Source of the DNA: Eledone cirrhosa
Lineage: Eukaryota
Length of the DNA: 64,000 bases
Reading direction: 5' to 3'
NCBI GenBank assembly: GCA_964016885.1
Contig: OZ024741.1
Coordinates: 6,200,001 to 6,264,000, forward strand
This document shows, one piece after another, positions 1-14,700 of the stretch. The notes under the pieces are model-generated. The model saw nothing but the letters and a program-made list of their open reading frames with translations. It had not been told where the DNA came from and ran no database searches. Position 1 is the stretch's first letter, and the number at the start of each line of letters is the position of its first letter. Both the position numbers and the translations under genes were made by a program.

Positions 1-3000
1 AAGGTATTCTGTACCTGACAGGTATAAAGGTATTCTGTTTCTGACAGGTATAGAGGTATTCTGTACCTGACAGGTATAAAGGTATTCTGTACCTGACAGG
101 TATAAAGGTATTCTGTACCTGACAGATATAAAGGTATTCTGTTCCTGACATGTATAAAGGTATTCTGTAGCTGACAGATATAAAGGTATTCTGTACCTGA
201 CAGTTATAAATTATTCTGTACCTGACAGGTATAAAGGTATTCTGTACCTGACAGGTATAGAGGTATTCTGTACCTGACAGGTATAAAGGTATTCTGTACC
301 CGACAGGTATAAAGGTATTCTGTCCCTGACACATAAAAAGGTATTCTGTACCTGACAGATGTAAAGGTATTCTTTACCTGACAGGTATAAAGGTATTCTG
401 TACCTGACAGATGTAAAGGTATTCTGTTCCTGACAGATGTAAAGTTATTCTGTACCTGACAGATATAAAGGTATTCTGTACCTGACAGATGTAAAGGTAT
501 TCTGTTCCTGACAGATGTAAAGGTATTCTGTACCTGACAGGTATAAAGGTATTCTGTACCTGACAGGTATAAAGGTATTCTGTTCCTGACAGATGTAAAG
601 GTATTCTGTACCTGACAGATGTAAAGGTATTCTGTACCTGACAGGTATATAGGTATTCTGTACCTGACAGGTATAAAGGTATTCTATACCTGACAGGTAT
701 AAAGGTATTCTGTACCTGACAGGTATAAAGGTATTCTGTACCTGAGAGATATAAAGGTATTCTGTACCGGACAGATGTAAAGGTATTCTGTACCTGACAG
801 ATGTAAAGGTACTCTGTACCTGACAGATGTAAAGGTATTCTGTACCTGACAGATGTAAAGGTATTCTGTACCTGACAGGTATAAAGGTATTCTGTACCCG
901 ACAGGTATAAAGGTATTCTGTCCCTGACAGATAAAAAGGTATTCTGTACCTGACAGATGTAAAGGTATTCTTTACCTGACAGGTATAAAGGTATTCTGTA
1001 CCTGACAGATATAAAGGTATTCTGTTCCTGACAGATGTAAAGGTATTCTGTACCTAACAGATGTAAAGGTATTCTGTACCTGACAGGTATAAAGGTATAC
1101 TGTACCTGACAGGTATAAAGGTATTCTGTAGCTGACAGATGTAAAGGTATTCTGTACCTGACAGGTATAAAGGTATTCTGTACCTGACAGGTATAAAGGT
1201 ATTCTGTTCCTTACAGGTATAAAGGTATTCTGTACCTGACAGATGTAAAGGTATTCTGTACCTGACAGGTATAAAGGTATTCTGTTTCTGACAGGTATAG
1301 AGGTATTCTGTACCTGACAGGTATAAAGGTATTCTGTACCTGACAGGTATAAAGGTATTCTGTACCTGACAGATATATAGGTATTCTGTTCCTGACATGT
1401 ATAAACGTATTCTGTACCTGACATATATAAAGGTATTCTGTACCTGACAGGTATAAATTATTCTGTACCTGACAGGTATAAAGGTATTCTGTACCTGACA
1501 GGTATAAAGGTATTCTGTACCTGACAGGTATAAAGGTATTCTGTACCTGACAGGTATAAAGGTATTCTGTACCTGAGAGATATAAAGGTATTCTGTACCG
1601 GACAGGTATAGAGGTATTCTGTACCTGACAGGTATAAAGGTATTCTGTACCTGACAGGTATAAAGGTATTCTGTACCTGACAGATATATAGGTATTCTGT
1701 TCCTGACATGTATAAAGGTATTCTGTACCTGACATATATAAAGGTATTCTGTACCTGACAGGTATAAATTATTCTGTACCTGACAGGTATAAAGGTATTC
1801 TGTACCTGACAGGTATAAAGGTATTCTGTACCTGACAGGTATAAAGGTATTCTGTACCTGATAGGTATAAAGGTATTCTGTACCTGAGAGATATAAAGGT
1901 ATTCTGTACCGGACAGGTATAAAGGTATTCCGTACCTGACAGGTATAAAGGTATTCTGTACCTGACATGTATAAAGGTATTCTGTACCTGACAGATATAA
2001 AGGTATTCTGTTCCTGACATGTATAAAGGTATTCTGTACCTGACAGATATAAAGGTATTCTGTACCTGACAGGTATAAATTATTCTGTACCTGACAGGTA
2101 TAAAGGTATTCTGTTCCTGACAGATGTAAAGGTATTCTGTTCCTGACAGATGTAAAGGTATTCTGTACCTGACAGGTATAAAGGTATTCTGTACCTGACA
2201 GGTATAAAGGCATTCTGATACTGACAGATGTAAAGGTATTCTGTACCTGACAGATGTAAAGGTATTCTGTACCTGACAGGTATAAAGGTATTCTGTACCT
2301 GACAGGTATAAAGGTATTCTGTTTCTGACAGGTATAGAGGTATTCTGTACCTGACAGGTATAAAGGTATTCTGTACCTGACAGGTATAAAGGTATTCTGT
2401 TCCTGACATGTATAAAGGTATTCTGTAGCTGACAGATATAAAGGTATTCTGTACCTGACAGGTATAAATTATTCTGTACCTGAGAGGTATAAAGGTATTC
2501 TGTACCTGACAGGTATAAAGGTATTCTGTACCTGACAGGTATAAAGGTATTCTGTACCCGACAGGTATAAAGGTATTCTGTCCCTGACAGATAAAAAGGT
2601 ATTCTGTACCTGACAGATGTAAAGGTATTCTTTACCTGACAGGTATAAAGGTATTCTGTACTTGACAGATGTAAAGGTATTCTGTTCCTGACAGATGTAA
2701 AGTTATTCTGTACCTGACAGATATAAAGGTATTCTGTACCTGACAGATGTAAAGGTATTCTGTACCTGACAGGTATAAAGGTATTCTGTACCTGACAGAT
2801 GTAAAGGTATTCTGTTCCTGACAGGTATAAAGGTATTCTGTACCTGACAGATGTAAAGGTATTCTGTACCTGACAGGTATAAAGGTATTCTGTTCCTGAC
2901 AGATGTAAAGGTATTCTGTTCCTGACAGATGTAAAGGTATTCTGTACCTGACAGGTATAAAGGTATTCTGTACCTGACAGGTATAAAGGTATTCTGTTCC

Positions 3001-6000
3001 TGACAGATGTAAAGGTATTCTGTACCTGACCGATGTAAAGGTATTCTGTACCTGACAGGTATATAGGTATTCTGTACCTGACAGGTATAAAGGTATTCTA
3101 TACCTGACAGGTATAAAGGTATTCTGTACCTGACAGGTATAAAGGTATTCTGTACCTGAGAGATATAAAGGTATTCTGTACCGGACAGATGTAAAGGTAT
3201 TCTGTACCGGACAGATGTAAAGGTATTCTGTACCTGACAGATATAAAGGTATTCTGTTCCTGACAGATGTAAAGGTATTCTGTACCTGACAGATGTAAAG
3301 GTATTCTGTACCTGACAGATGTAAAGGTATTCTGTACCTGACAGGTATAAAGGTATTCTGTACCGGACAGATGTAAAGGTATTCTGTACCTGACAGATGT
3401 AAAGGTATTCTGTTCCTGACAGGTATAAAGGTATTCTGTACCTGACAGATGTAAAGGTATTCTGTACCTGACAGGTATAAAGGTATTCTGTTCCTGACAG
3501 ATGTAAAGGTATTCTGTTCCTGACAGATGTAAAGGTATTCTATACCTGACAGGTATAAAGGTATTCTGTACCTGACAGGTATAAAGGTATTCTGTTCCTG
3601 ACAGATGTAAAGGTATTCTGTACCTGACAGATGTAAAGGTATTCTGTACCTGACAGGTATATAGGTATTCTGTACCTGACAGGTATAAAGGTATTCTGTA
3701 CCTGACAGGTATAAAGGTATTCTGTACCTGACAGGTATAAAGGTATTCTGTACCTGAGAGATATAAAGGTATTCTGTACCGGACAGATGTAAAGGTATTC
3801 TGTACCTGACAGATGTAAAGGTATTCTGTACCTGACAGATGTAAAGGTATTCTGTACCTGACAGATGTAAAGGTATTCTGTACCTGACAGGTATAAAGGT
3901 ATTCTGTACCCGACAGGTATAAAGGTATTCTGTCCCTGACAGATAAAAAGGTATTCTGTACCTGGCAGATGTAAAGGTATTCTTTACCTGACAGGTATAA
4001 AGGTATTCTGTACCTGACAGATATAAAGGTATTCTGTTCCTGACAGATGTAAAGGTATTCTGTACCTGACAGATGTAAAGGTATTCTGTACCTGACAGAT
4101 GTAAAGGTATTCTGTACCTGACAGGTATAAAGGTATACTGTACCTGACAGGTATAAAGGTATTCTGTAGCTGACAGATGTAAAGGTATTCTGTACCTGAC
4201 AGGTATAAAGGTATTCTGTTCCTTACAGGTATAAAGGTATTCTGTACCTGACAGATGTAAAGGTATTCTGTTCCTGACAGATGTAAAGGTATTCTGTACC
4301 TGACAGGTATAAAGGTATTCTGTACCTGACAGGTATAAAGGTATTCTGTTCCTGACAGATGTAAAGGTATTCTGTACCTAACAGATGTAAAGGTATTCTG
4401 TACCTGACAGGTATAAAGGTATTCTGTTCCTGACAAGTATAAAGGTATTTTGTTTCTGACAGGTATAAAGATATTCTGTTCCTGACAGGTATAAAGTTAT
4501 TCTGTACCTGACAGGTATAAAGGCATTCTGTACCTGACAGGAATGAAGGTATTCTGTTCCTGACAGTTGTAAAGGTATTCTGTTCCTGACAGATGTAAAG
4601 GTATTCTGTACCTGACAGGTATAAAGGTATTCTGTTCCTGTCAGATTTAAAGGTATTCTGTTCCTGACAGATGTAAAGGTATTCTGTACCTGACAGGTAT
4701 AAAGGTATTCTGTACCTGACAGGTATAAAGGTATTCTGTTCCTGACAGATGTAAAGGTATTCTGTACCTGACAGATGTAAAGGTATTCTGTACCTGACAG
4801 GTATAAAGGTATTCTGTACCTGACAGGTATAAAGGTATTCTGTTTCTGACAGGTATAGAGGTATTCTGTACCTGACAGGTATAAAGGTATTCTGTACCTG
4901 ACAGGTATAAAGGTATTCTGTACCTGACAGATATATAGGTATTCTGTTCCTGACATGTATAAAGGTATTCTGTACCTGACATATATAAAGGTATTCTGTA
5001 CCTGACAGGTATGAATTATTCTGTACCTGACAGGTATAAAGGTATTCTGTACCTGACAGGTATAAAGGTGTTCTGTACCTGACAGGTATAAAGGTATTCT
5101 GTACCTGACAGGTATAAAGGTATTCTGTACCTGAGAGATATAAATGTATTCTGTACCGGACAGGTATAAAGGTATTCCGTACCTGACAGGTATAAAGGTA
5201 TTCTGTACCTGACATGTATAAAGGTATTCTGTACCTGACAGATATAAAGGTATTCTGTTCCTGACATGTATAAAGGTATTCTGTACCTGACAGATATAAA
5301 GGTATTCTGTACCTGACAGGTATAAATTATTCTGTACCTGACAGGTATAAAGGTATTCTGTTCCTGACAGATGTAAAGGTATTCTGTTCCTGACAGATGT
5401 AAAGGTATTCTGTACCTGACAGGTATAAAGGTATTCTGTACCTGACAGGTATAAAGGCATTCTGTTCCTGACAGATGTAAGGGTATTCTGTACCTGACAG
5501 ATGTAAAGGTATTCTGTACCTGACAGGTATAAAGGTATTCTGTACCTGACAGGTATAAAGGTATTCTGTTCCTGACATGTATAAAGGTATTCTGTAGCTG
5601 ACAGATATAAAGGTATTCTGTACCTGACAGGTATAAATTATTCTGTACCTGACAGGTATAAAGGTATTCTGTACCTGACAGGTATAAAGGTATTCTGTAC
5701 CTGACAGGTATAAAGGTATTCTGTACCCGACAGGTATAAAGGTATTCTGTCCCTGACAGATAAAAAGGTATTCTGTACCTGACAGATGTAAAGGTATTCT
5801 TTACCTGACAGGTATAAAGGTATTCTGTACCTGACAGATGTAAAGGTATTCTGTTCCTGACAGATGTAAAGTTATTCTGTACCTGACAGATATAAAGGTA
5901 TTCTGTACCTGACAGATGTAAAGGTATTCTGTTCCTGACAGATGTAAAGGTATTCTGTACCTGACAGGTATAAAGGTATTCTGTACCTGACAGGTATAAA

Positions 6001-9000
6001 GGTATTCTGTTCCTGACAGATGTAAAGGTATTCTGTACCTGACAGATGTAAAGGTATTCTGTACCTGACAGGTATATAGGTATTCTGTACCTGACAGGTA
6101 TAAAGGTATTCTATACCTGACAGGTATAAAGGTATTCTGTACCTGACAGGTATAAAGGTATTCTGTACCTGAGAGATATAAAGGTATTCTGTACCGGACA
6201 GATGTAAAGGTATTCTGTACCTGACAGATATAAAGGTATTCTGTACCTGACAGATGTAAAGGTATTCTGTACCTGACAGATGTAAAGGTATTCTGTACCT
6301 GACAGGTATAAAGGTATTCTGTACCCGACAGGTATAAAGGTATTCTGTCCCTGACAGATAAAAAGGTATTCTGTACCTGACAGATGTAAAGGTATTCTTT
6401 ACCTGACAGGTATAAAGGTATTCTGTACCTGACAGATATAAAGGTATTCTGTTCCTGACAGATGTAAAGGTATTCTGTACCTGACAGATGTAAAGGTATT
6501 CTGTACCTGACAGATGTAAAGGTATTCTGTACCTGACAGGTATAAAGGTATACTGTACCTGACAGGTATAAAGGTATTCTGTAGCTGACAGATGTAAAGG
6601 TATTCTGTACCTGACAGGTATAAAGGTATTCTGTACCTGACAGGTATAAAGGTATTCTGTTCCTTACAGGTATAAAGGTATTCTGTACCTGACAGATGTA
6701 AAGGTATTCTGTACCTGACAGGTATAAAGGTATTCTGTTTCTGACAGGTATAGAGGTATTCTGTACCTGACAGGTATAAAGGTATTCTTTACCTGACAGG
6801 TATAAAGGTATTCTGTACCTGACAGATATATAGGTATTCTGTTCCTGACATGTATAAAGGTATTCTGTACCTGACATATATAAAGGTATTCTGTACCTGA
6901 CAGGTATAAATTATTCTGTACCTGACAGGTATAAAGGTATTCTGTACCTGACAGGTATAAAGGTATTCTGTACCTGACAGGTATAAAGGTATTCTGTACC
7001 TGACAGGTATAAAGGTATTCTGTACCTGAGAGATATAAAGGTATTCTGTACCGGACAGGTATAAAGGTATTCCGTACCTGACAGGTATAAAGGTATTCTG
7101 TACCTGACATGTATAAAGGTATTCTGTACCTGACAGATATAAAGGTATTCTGTTCCTGACATGTATAAAGGTATTCTGTACCTGACAGATATAAAGGTAT
7201 TCTGTACCTGACAGGTATAAATTATTCTGTACCTGACAGGTATAAAGGTATTCTGTTCCTGACAGATGTAAAGGTATTCTGTTCCTGACAGATGTAAAGG
7301 TATTCTGTACCTGACAGGTATAAAGGTATTCTGTACCTGACAGGTATAAAGGTATTCTGTTCCTGACAGATGTAAAGGTATTCTGTACCTGACAGATGTA
7401 AAGGTATTCTGTACCTGACAGGTATATAGGTATTCTGTACCTGACAGGTATAAAGGTATTCTGTACCTGACAGGTATAAAGGTATTCTGTACCTGACAGG
7501 TATAAAGGTATTCTGTACCTGAGAGATATAAAGGTATTCTGTACCGGACAGATGTAAAGGTATTCTGAACCTGACAGATGTAAAGGTATTCTGTACCTGA
7601 CAGATGTAAAGGTATTCTGTACCTGACAGATGTAAAGGTATTCTGTACCTGACAGGTATAAAGGTATTCTGTACCCGACAGGTATAAAGGTATTCTGTCC
7701 CTGACAGATAAAAAGGTATTCTGTACCTGACAGATGTAAAGGTATTCTTTACCTGACAGGTATAAAGGTATTCTGTACCTGACAGATATAAAGGTATTCT
7801 GTTCCTGACAGATGTAAAGGTATTCTGTACCTGACAGATGTAAAGGTATTCTGTACCTGACAGATGTAAAGGTATTCTGTACCTGACAGGTATAAAGGTA
7901 TACTGTACCTGACAGGTATAAAGGTATTCTGTAGCTGACAGATGTAAAGGTATTCTGTACCTGACAGGTATAAAGGTATTCTGTACCTGACAGGTATAGA
8001 GGTATTCTGTACCTGACAGGTATAAAGGTATTCTGTACCTGACAGGTATAAAGGTATTCTGTACCTGACAGATATATAGGTATTCTGTTCCTGACATGTA
8101 TAAAGGTATTCTGTACCTGACATATATAAAGGTATTCTGTACCTGACAGGTATAAATTATTCTGTACCTGACAGGTATAAAGGTATTCTGTACCTGACAG
8201 GTATAAAGGTATTCTGTACCTGACAGGTATAAAGGTATTCTGTACCTGACAGGTATAAAGGTATTCTGTACCTGAGAGATATAAAGGTATTCTGTACCGG
8301 ACAGGTATAAAGGTATTCCGTACCTGACAGGTATAAAGGTATTCTGTACCTGACATGTATAAAGGTATTCTGTACCTGACAGATATAAAGGTATTCTGTT
8401 CCTGACATGTATAAAGGTATTCTGTACCTGACAGATATAAAGGTATTCTGTACCTGACAGGTATAAATTATTCTGTACCTGACAGGTATAAAGGTATTCT
8501 GTTCCTGACAGATGTAAAGGTATTCTGTTCCTGACAGATGTAAAGGTATTCTGTACCTGACAGGTATAAAGGTATTCTGTACCTGACAGGTATAAAGGTA
8601 TTCTGTACCTGACAGATATATAGGTATTCTGTTCCTGACATGTATAAAGGTATTCTGTACCTGACATATATAAAGGTATTCTGTACCTGACAGGTATAAA
8701 TTATTCTGTACCTGACAGGTATAAAGGTATTCTGTACCTGACAGGTATAAAGGTATTCTGTACCTGACAGGTATAAAGGTATTCTGTACCTGACAGGTAT
8801 AAAGGTATTCTGTACCTGAGAGATATAAAGGTATTCTGTACCGGACAGGTATAAAGGTATTCCGTACCTGACAGGTATAAAGGTATTCTGTACCTGACAT
8901 GTATAAAGGTATTCTGTACCTGACAGATATAAAGGTATTCTGTTCCTGACATGTATAAAGGTATTCTGTACCTGACAGATATAAAGGTATTCTGTACCTG

Positions 9001-11749
9001 ACAGGTATAAATTATTCTGTACCTGACAGGTATAAAGGTATTCTGTTCCTGACAGATGTAAAGGTATTCTGTTCCTGACAGATGTAAAGGTATTCTGTAC
9101 CTGACAGGTATAAAGGTATTCTGTACCTGACAGGTATAAAGGCATTCTGTTCCTGACAGATGTAAAGGTATTCTGTACCTGACAGATGTAAAGGTATTCT
9201 GTACCTGACAGGTATAAAGGTATTCTGTACCTGACAGGTATAAAGGTATTCTGTTTCTGACAGGTATAGAGGTATTCTGTACCTGACAGGTATAAAGGTA
9301 TTCTGTACCTGACAGGTATAAAGGTATTCTGTACCTGACAGATATAAAGGTATTCTGTTCCTGACATGTATAAAGGTATTCTGTAGCTGACAGATATAAA
9401 GGTATTCTGTACCTGACAGGTATAAATTATTCTGTACCTGACAGGTATAAAGGTATTCTGTACCTGACAGGTATAAAGGTATTCTGTACCTGACAGGTAT
9501 AAAGGTATTCTGTACCCGACAGGTATAAAGGTATTCTGTCCCTGACAGATAAAAAGGTATTCTGTACCTGACAGATGTAAAGGTATTCTTTACCTGACAG
9601 GTATAAAGGTATTCTGTACCTGACAGATGTAAAGGTATTCTGTTCCTGACAGATGTAAAGTTATTCTGTACCTGACAGATATAAAGGTATTCTGTACCTG
9701 ACAGATGTAAAGGTATTCTGTACCTGACAGATATAAAGGTATTCTGTACCTGACAGGTATAAATTATTCTGTACCTGACAGGTATAAAGGTATTCTGTTC
9801 CTGACAGATGTAAAGGTATTCTGTTCCTGACAGATGTAAAGGTATTCTGTACCTGACAGGTATAAAGGTATTCTGTACCTGACAGGTATAAAGGCATTCT
9901 GTACCTGACAGGTATAAAGGTATTCTGTACCTGACAGGTATAAAGGTATTCTGTTCCTGACAGATGTAAAGGTATTCTGTACCTGACAGATGTAAAGGTA
10001 TTCTGTACCTGACAGGTATATAGGTATTCTGTACCTGACAGGTATAAAGGTATTCTATACCTGACAGGTATAAAGGTATTCTGTACCTGACAGGTATAAA
10101 GGTATTCTGTATCTGCGAGATATAAAGGTATTCTGTACCGGACAGATGTAAAGGTATTCTGTACCTGACAGATGTAAAGGTATTCTGTACCTGACAGATG
10201 TAAAGGTATTCTGTACCTGACAGATGTAAAGGTATTCTGTACCTGACAGGTATAAAGGTATTCTGTACCCGACAGGTATAAAGGTTTTCTGTCCCTGACA
10301 GATAAAAAGGTATTCTGTACCTGACAGATGTAAAGGTATTCTTTACCTGACAGGTATAAAGGTATTCTGTACCTGACAGATATAAAGGTATTCTGTTCCT
10401 GACAGATGTAAAGGTATTCTGTACCTGACAGATGTAAAGGTATTCTGTACCTGACAGATGTAAAGGTATTCTGTACCTGACAGGTATAAAGGTATCCTGT
10501 ACCTGACAGGTATAAAGGTATTCTGTAGCTGACAGATGTAAAGGTATTCTGTACCTGACAGGTATAAAGGTATTCTGTACCTGACAGGTATAAAGGTATT
10601 CTGTTCCTTACAGGTATAAAGGTATTCTGTACCTGACAGATGTAAAGGTATTCTGTTCCTGACAGATGTAAAGGTATTCTGTACCTGACAGGTATAAAGG
10701 TATTCTGTACCTGACAGGTATAAAGGTATTCTGTTCCTGACAGATGTAAAGGTATTCTGTACCTAACAGATGTAAAGGTATTCTGTACCTGACAGGTAGA
10801 AAGGTATTCTGTTCCTGACAAGTATAAATGTATTTTGTTTCTGACAGGTATAAAGATATTCTGTTCCTGACAGGTATAAAGTTATTCTGTACCTGACAGG
10901 TATAAAGGCATTCTGTACCTGACAGGAATGAAGGTATTCTGTTCCTGACAGTTGTAAAGGTATTCTGTTCCTGACAGATGTAAAGGTATTCTGTACCTGA
11001 CAGGTATAAAGGTATTCTGTTCCTGACAGATTTAAAGGTATTCTGTTCCTGACAGATGTAAAGGTATTCTGTACCTGACAGGTATAAAGGTATTCTGTAC
11101 CTGACAGGTATAAAGGTATTCTGTTCCTGACAGATGTAAAGGTATTCTGTACCTGACAGATGTAAAGGTATTCTGTACCTGACAGGTATAAAGGTATTCT
11201 GTACCTGACAGGTATAAAGGTATTCTGTTTCTGACAGGTATAGAGGTATTCTGTACCTGACAGGTATAAAGGTATTCTGTACCTGACAGGTATAAAGGTA
11301 TTCTGTACCTGACAGATGTAAAGGTATTCTGTTCCTGACAGGTATAAAGGTATTCTGTACCTGACAGATGTAAAGGTATTCTCTACCTGACAGGTATAAA
11401 GGTATTCTGTTCCTGACAGATGTAAAGGTATTCTGTTCCTGACAGATGTAAAGGTATTCTGTACCTGACAGGTATAAAGGTATTCTGTACCTGACAGGTA
11501 TAAAGGTATTCTGTTCCTGACAGATGTAAAGGTATTCTGTACCTGACAGATGTAAAGGTATTCTGTACCTGACAGGTATATAGGTATTCTGTACCTGACA
11601 GGTATAAAGGTATTCTGTACCTGACAGGTATAAAGGTATTCTGTACCTGACAGGTATAAAGGTATTCTGTACCTGAGAGATATAAAGGTATTCTGTACCG
11701 GACAGATGTAAAGGTATTCTGTACCTGACAGATGTAAAGGTATTCTGTA

Positions 11750-14700
11750 CCTGACAGATGTAAAGGTATTCTGTACCTGACAGATGTAAAGGTATTCTGT
11801 ACCTGACAGGTATAAAGGTATTCTGTACCCGACAGGTATAAAGGTATTCTGTCCCTGACAGATAAAAAGGTATTCTGTACCTGACAGATGTAAAGGTATT
11901 CTTTACCTGACAGGTATAAAGGTATTCTGTACCTGACAGATATAAAGGTATTCTGTTCCTGACAGATGTAAAGGTATTCTGTACCTGACAGATGTAAAGG
12001 TATTCTGTACCTGACAGATGTAAAGGTATTCTGTACCTGACAGGTATAAAGGTATACTGTACCTGACAGGTATAAAGGTATTCTGTAGCTGACAGATGTA
12101 AAGGTATTCTGTACCTGACAGGTATAAAGGTATTCTGTACCTGACAGGTATAAAGGTATTCTGTTCCTTACAGGTATAATGGTATTCTGTACCTGACAGA
12201 TGTATAGGTATTCTGTTCCTGACAGATGTAAAGGTATTCTGTACCTGACAGGTATAAAGGTATTCTGTACCTGACAGGTATAAAGGTATTCTGTTCCTGA
12301 CAGATGTAAAGGTATTCTGTACCTAACAGATGTAAAGGTATTCTGTACCTGACAGGTATAAAGGTATTCTGTTCCTGACAAGTATAAAGGTATTTTGTTT
12401 CTGACAGGTATAAAGATATTCTGTTCCTGACATGTATAAAGGTATTCTGTAGCTGACAGATATAAAGGTATTCTGTACCTGACAGGTATAAATTATTCTG
12501 TACCTGACAGGTATAAAGGTATTCTGTACCTGACAGGTATAAAGGTATTCTGTACCTGACAGGTATAAAGGTATTCTGTACCCGACAGGTATAAAGGTAT
12601 TCTGTCCCTGACAGATAAAAAGGTATTCTGTACCTGACAGATGTAAAGGTATTCTTTACCTGACAGGTATAAAGGTATTCTGTACCTGACAGATGTAAAG
12701 GTATTCTGTTCCTGACAGATGTAAAGTTATTCTGTACCTGACAGATATAAAGGTATTCTGTACCTGACAGATGTAAAGGTATTCTGTACCTGACAGGTAT
12801 AAAGGTATTCTGTACCTGACAGATGTAAAGGTATTCTGTTCCTGACAGGTATAAAGGTATTCTGTACCTGACAGATGTAAAGGTATTCTGTACCTGACAG
12901 GTATAAAGGTATTCTGTTCCTGACAGATGTAAAGGTATTCTGTTCCTGACAGATGTAAAGGTATTCTGTACCTGACAGGTATAAAGGTATTCTGTACCTG
13001 ACAGGTATAAAGGTATTCTGTTCCTGACAGATGTAAAGGTATTCTGTACCTGACAGATGTAAAGGTATTCTGTACCTGACAGGTATATAGGTATTCTGTA
13101 CCTGACAGGTATAAAGGTATTCTATACCTGACAGGTATAAAGGTATTCTGTACCTGACAGGTATAAAGGTATTCTGTATCTGCGAGATATAAAGGTATTC
13201 TGTACCGGACAGATGTAAAGGTATTCTGTACCTGACAGATGTAAAGGTATTCTGTACCTGACAGATGTAAAGGTATTCTGTACCTGACAGATGTAAAGGT
13301 ATTCTGTACCTGACAGGTATAAAGGTATTCTGTACCCGACAGGTATAAAGGTATTCTGTCCCTGACAGATAAAAAGGTATTCTGTACCTGACAGATGTAA
13401 AGGTATTCTTTACCTGACAGGTATAAAGGTATTCTGTACCTGACAGATATAAAGGTATTCTGTTCCTGACAGATGTAAAGGTATTCTGTACCTGACAGAT
13501 GTAAAGGTATTCTGTACCTGACAGATGTAAAGGTATTCTGTACCTGACAGGTATAAAGGTATACTGTACCTGACAGGTATATAGGTATTCTGTAGCTGAC
13601 AGATGTAAAGGTATTCTGTACCTGACAGGTATAAAGGTATTCTGTACCTGACAGGTATAAAGGTATTCTGTTCCTTACAGGTATAAAGGTATTCTGTACC
13701 TGACAGATGTAAAGGTATTCTGTTCCTGACAGATGTAAAGGTATTCTGTACCTGACAGGTATAAAGGTATTCTGTACCTGACAGGTATAAAGGTATTCTG
13801 TTCCTGACAGATGTAAAGGTATTCTGTACCTAACAGATGTAAAGGTATTCTGTACCTGACAGGTAGAAAGGTATTCTGTTCCTGACAAGTATAAATGTAT
13901 TTTGTTTCTGACAGGTATAAAGATATTCTGTTCCTGACAGGTATAAAGTTATTCTGTACCTGACAGGTATAAAGGCATTCTGTACCTGACAGGAATGAAG
14001 GTATTCTGTTCCTGACAGTTGTAAAGGTATTCTGTTCCTGACAGATGTAAAGGTATTCTGTACCTGACAGGTATAAAGGTATTCTGTTCCTGACAGATTT
14101 AAAGGTATTCTGTTCCTGACAGATGTAAAGGTATTCTGTACCTGACAGGTATAAAGGTATTCTGTACCTGACAGGTATAAAGGTATTCTGTTCCTGACAG
14201 ATGTAAAGGTATTCTGTACCTGACAGATGTAAAGGTATTCTGTACCTGACAGGTATAAAGGTATTCTGTACCTGACAGGTATAAAGGTATTCTGTTTCTG
14301 ACAGGTATAGAGGTATTCTGTACCTGACAGGTATAAAGGTATTCTGTACCTGACAGGTATAAAGGTATTCTGTACCTGACAGATGTAAAGGTATTCTGTT
14401 CCTGACAGGTATAAAGGTATTCTGTACCTGACAGATGTAAAGGTATTCTCTACCTGACAGGTATAAAGGTATTCTGTTCCTGACAGATGTAAAGGTATTC
14501 TGTTCCTGACAGATGTAAAGGTATTCTGTACCTGACAGGTATAAAGGTATTCTGTACCCGACAGGTATAAAGGTATTCTGTCCCTGACAGATAAAAAGGT
14601 ATTCTGTACCTGACAGATGTAAAGGTATTCTTTACCTGACAGGTATAAAGGTATTCTGTACCTGACAGATATAAAGGTATTCTGTTCCTGACAGATGTAA

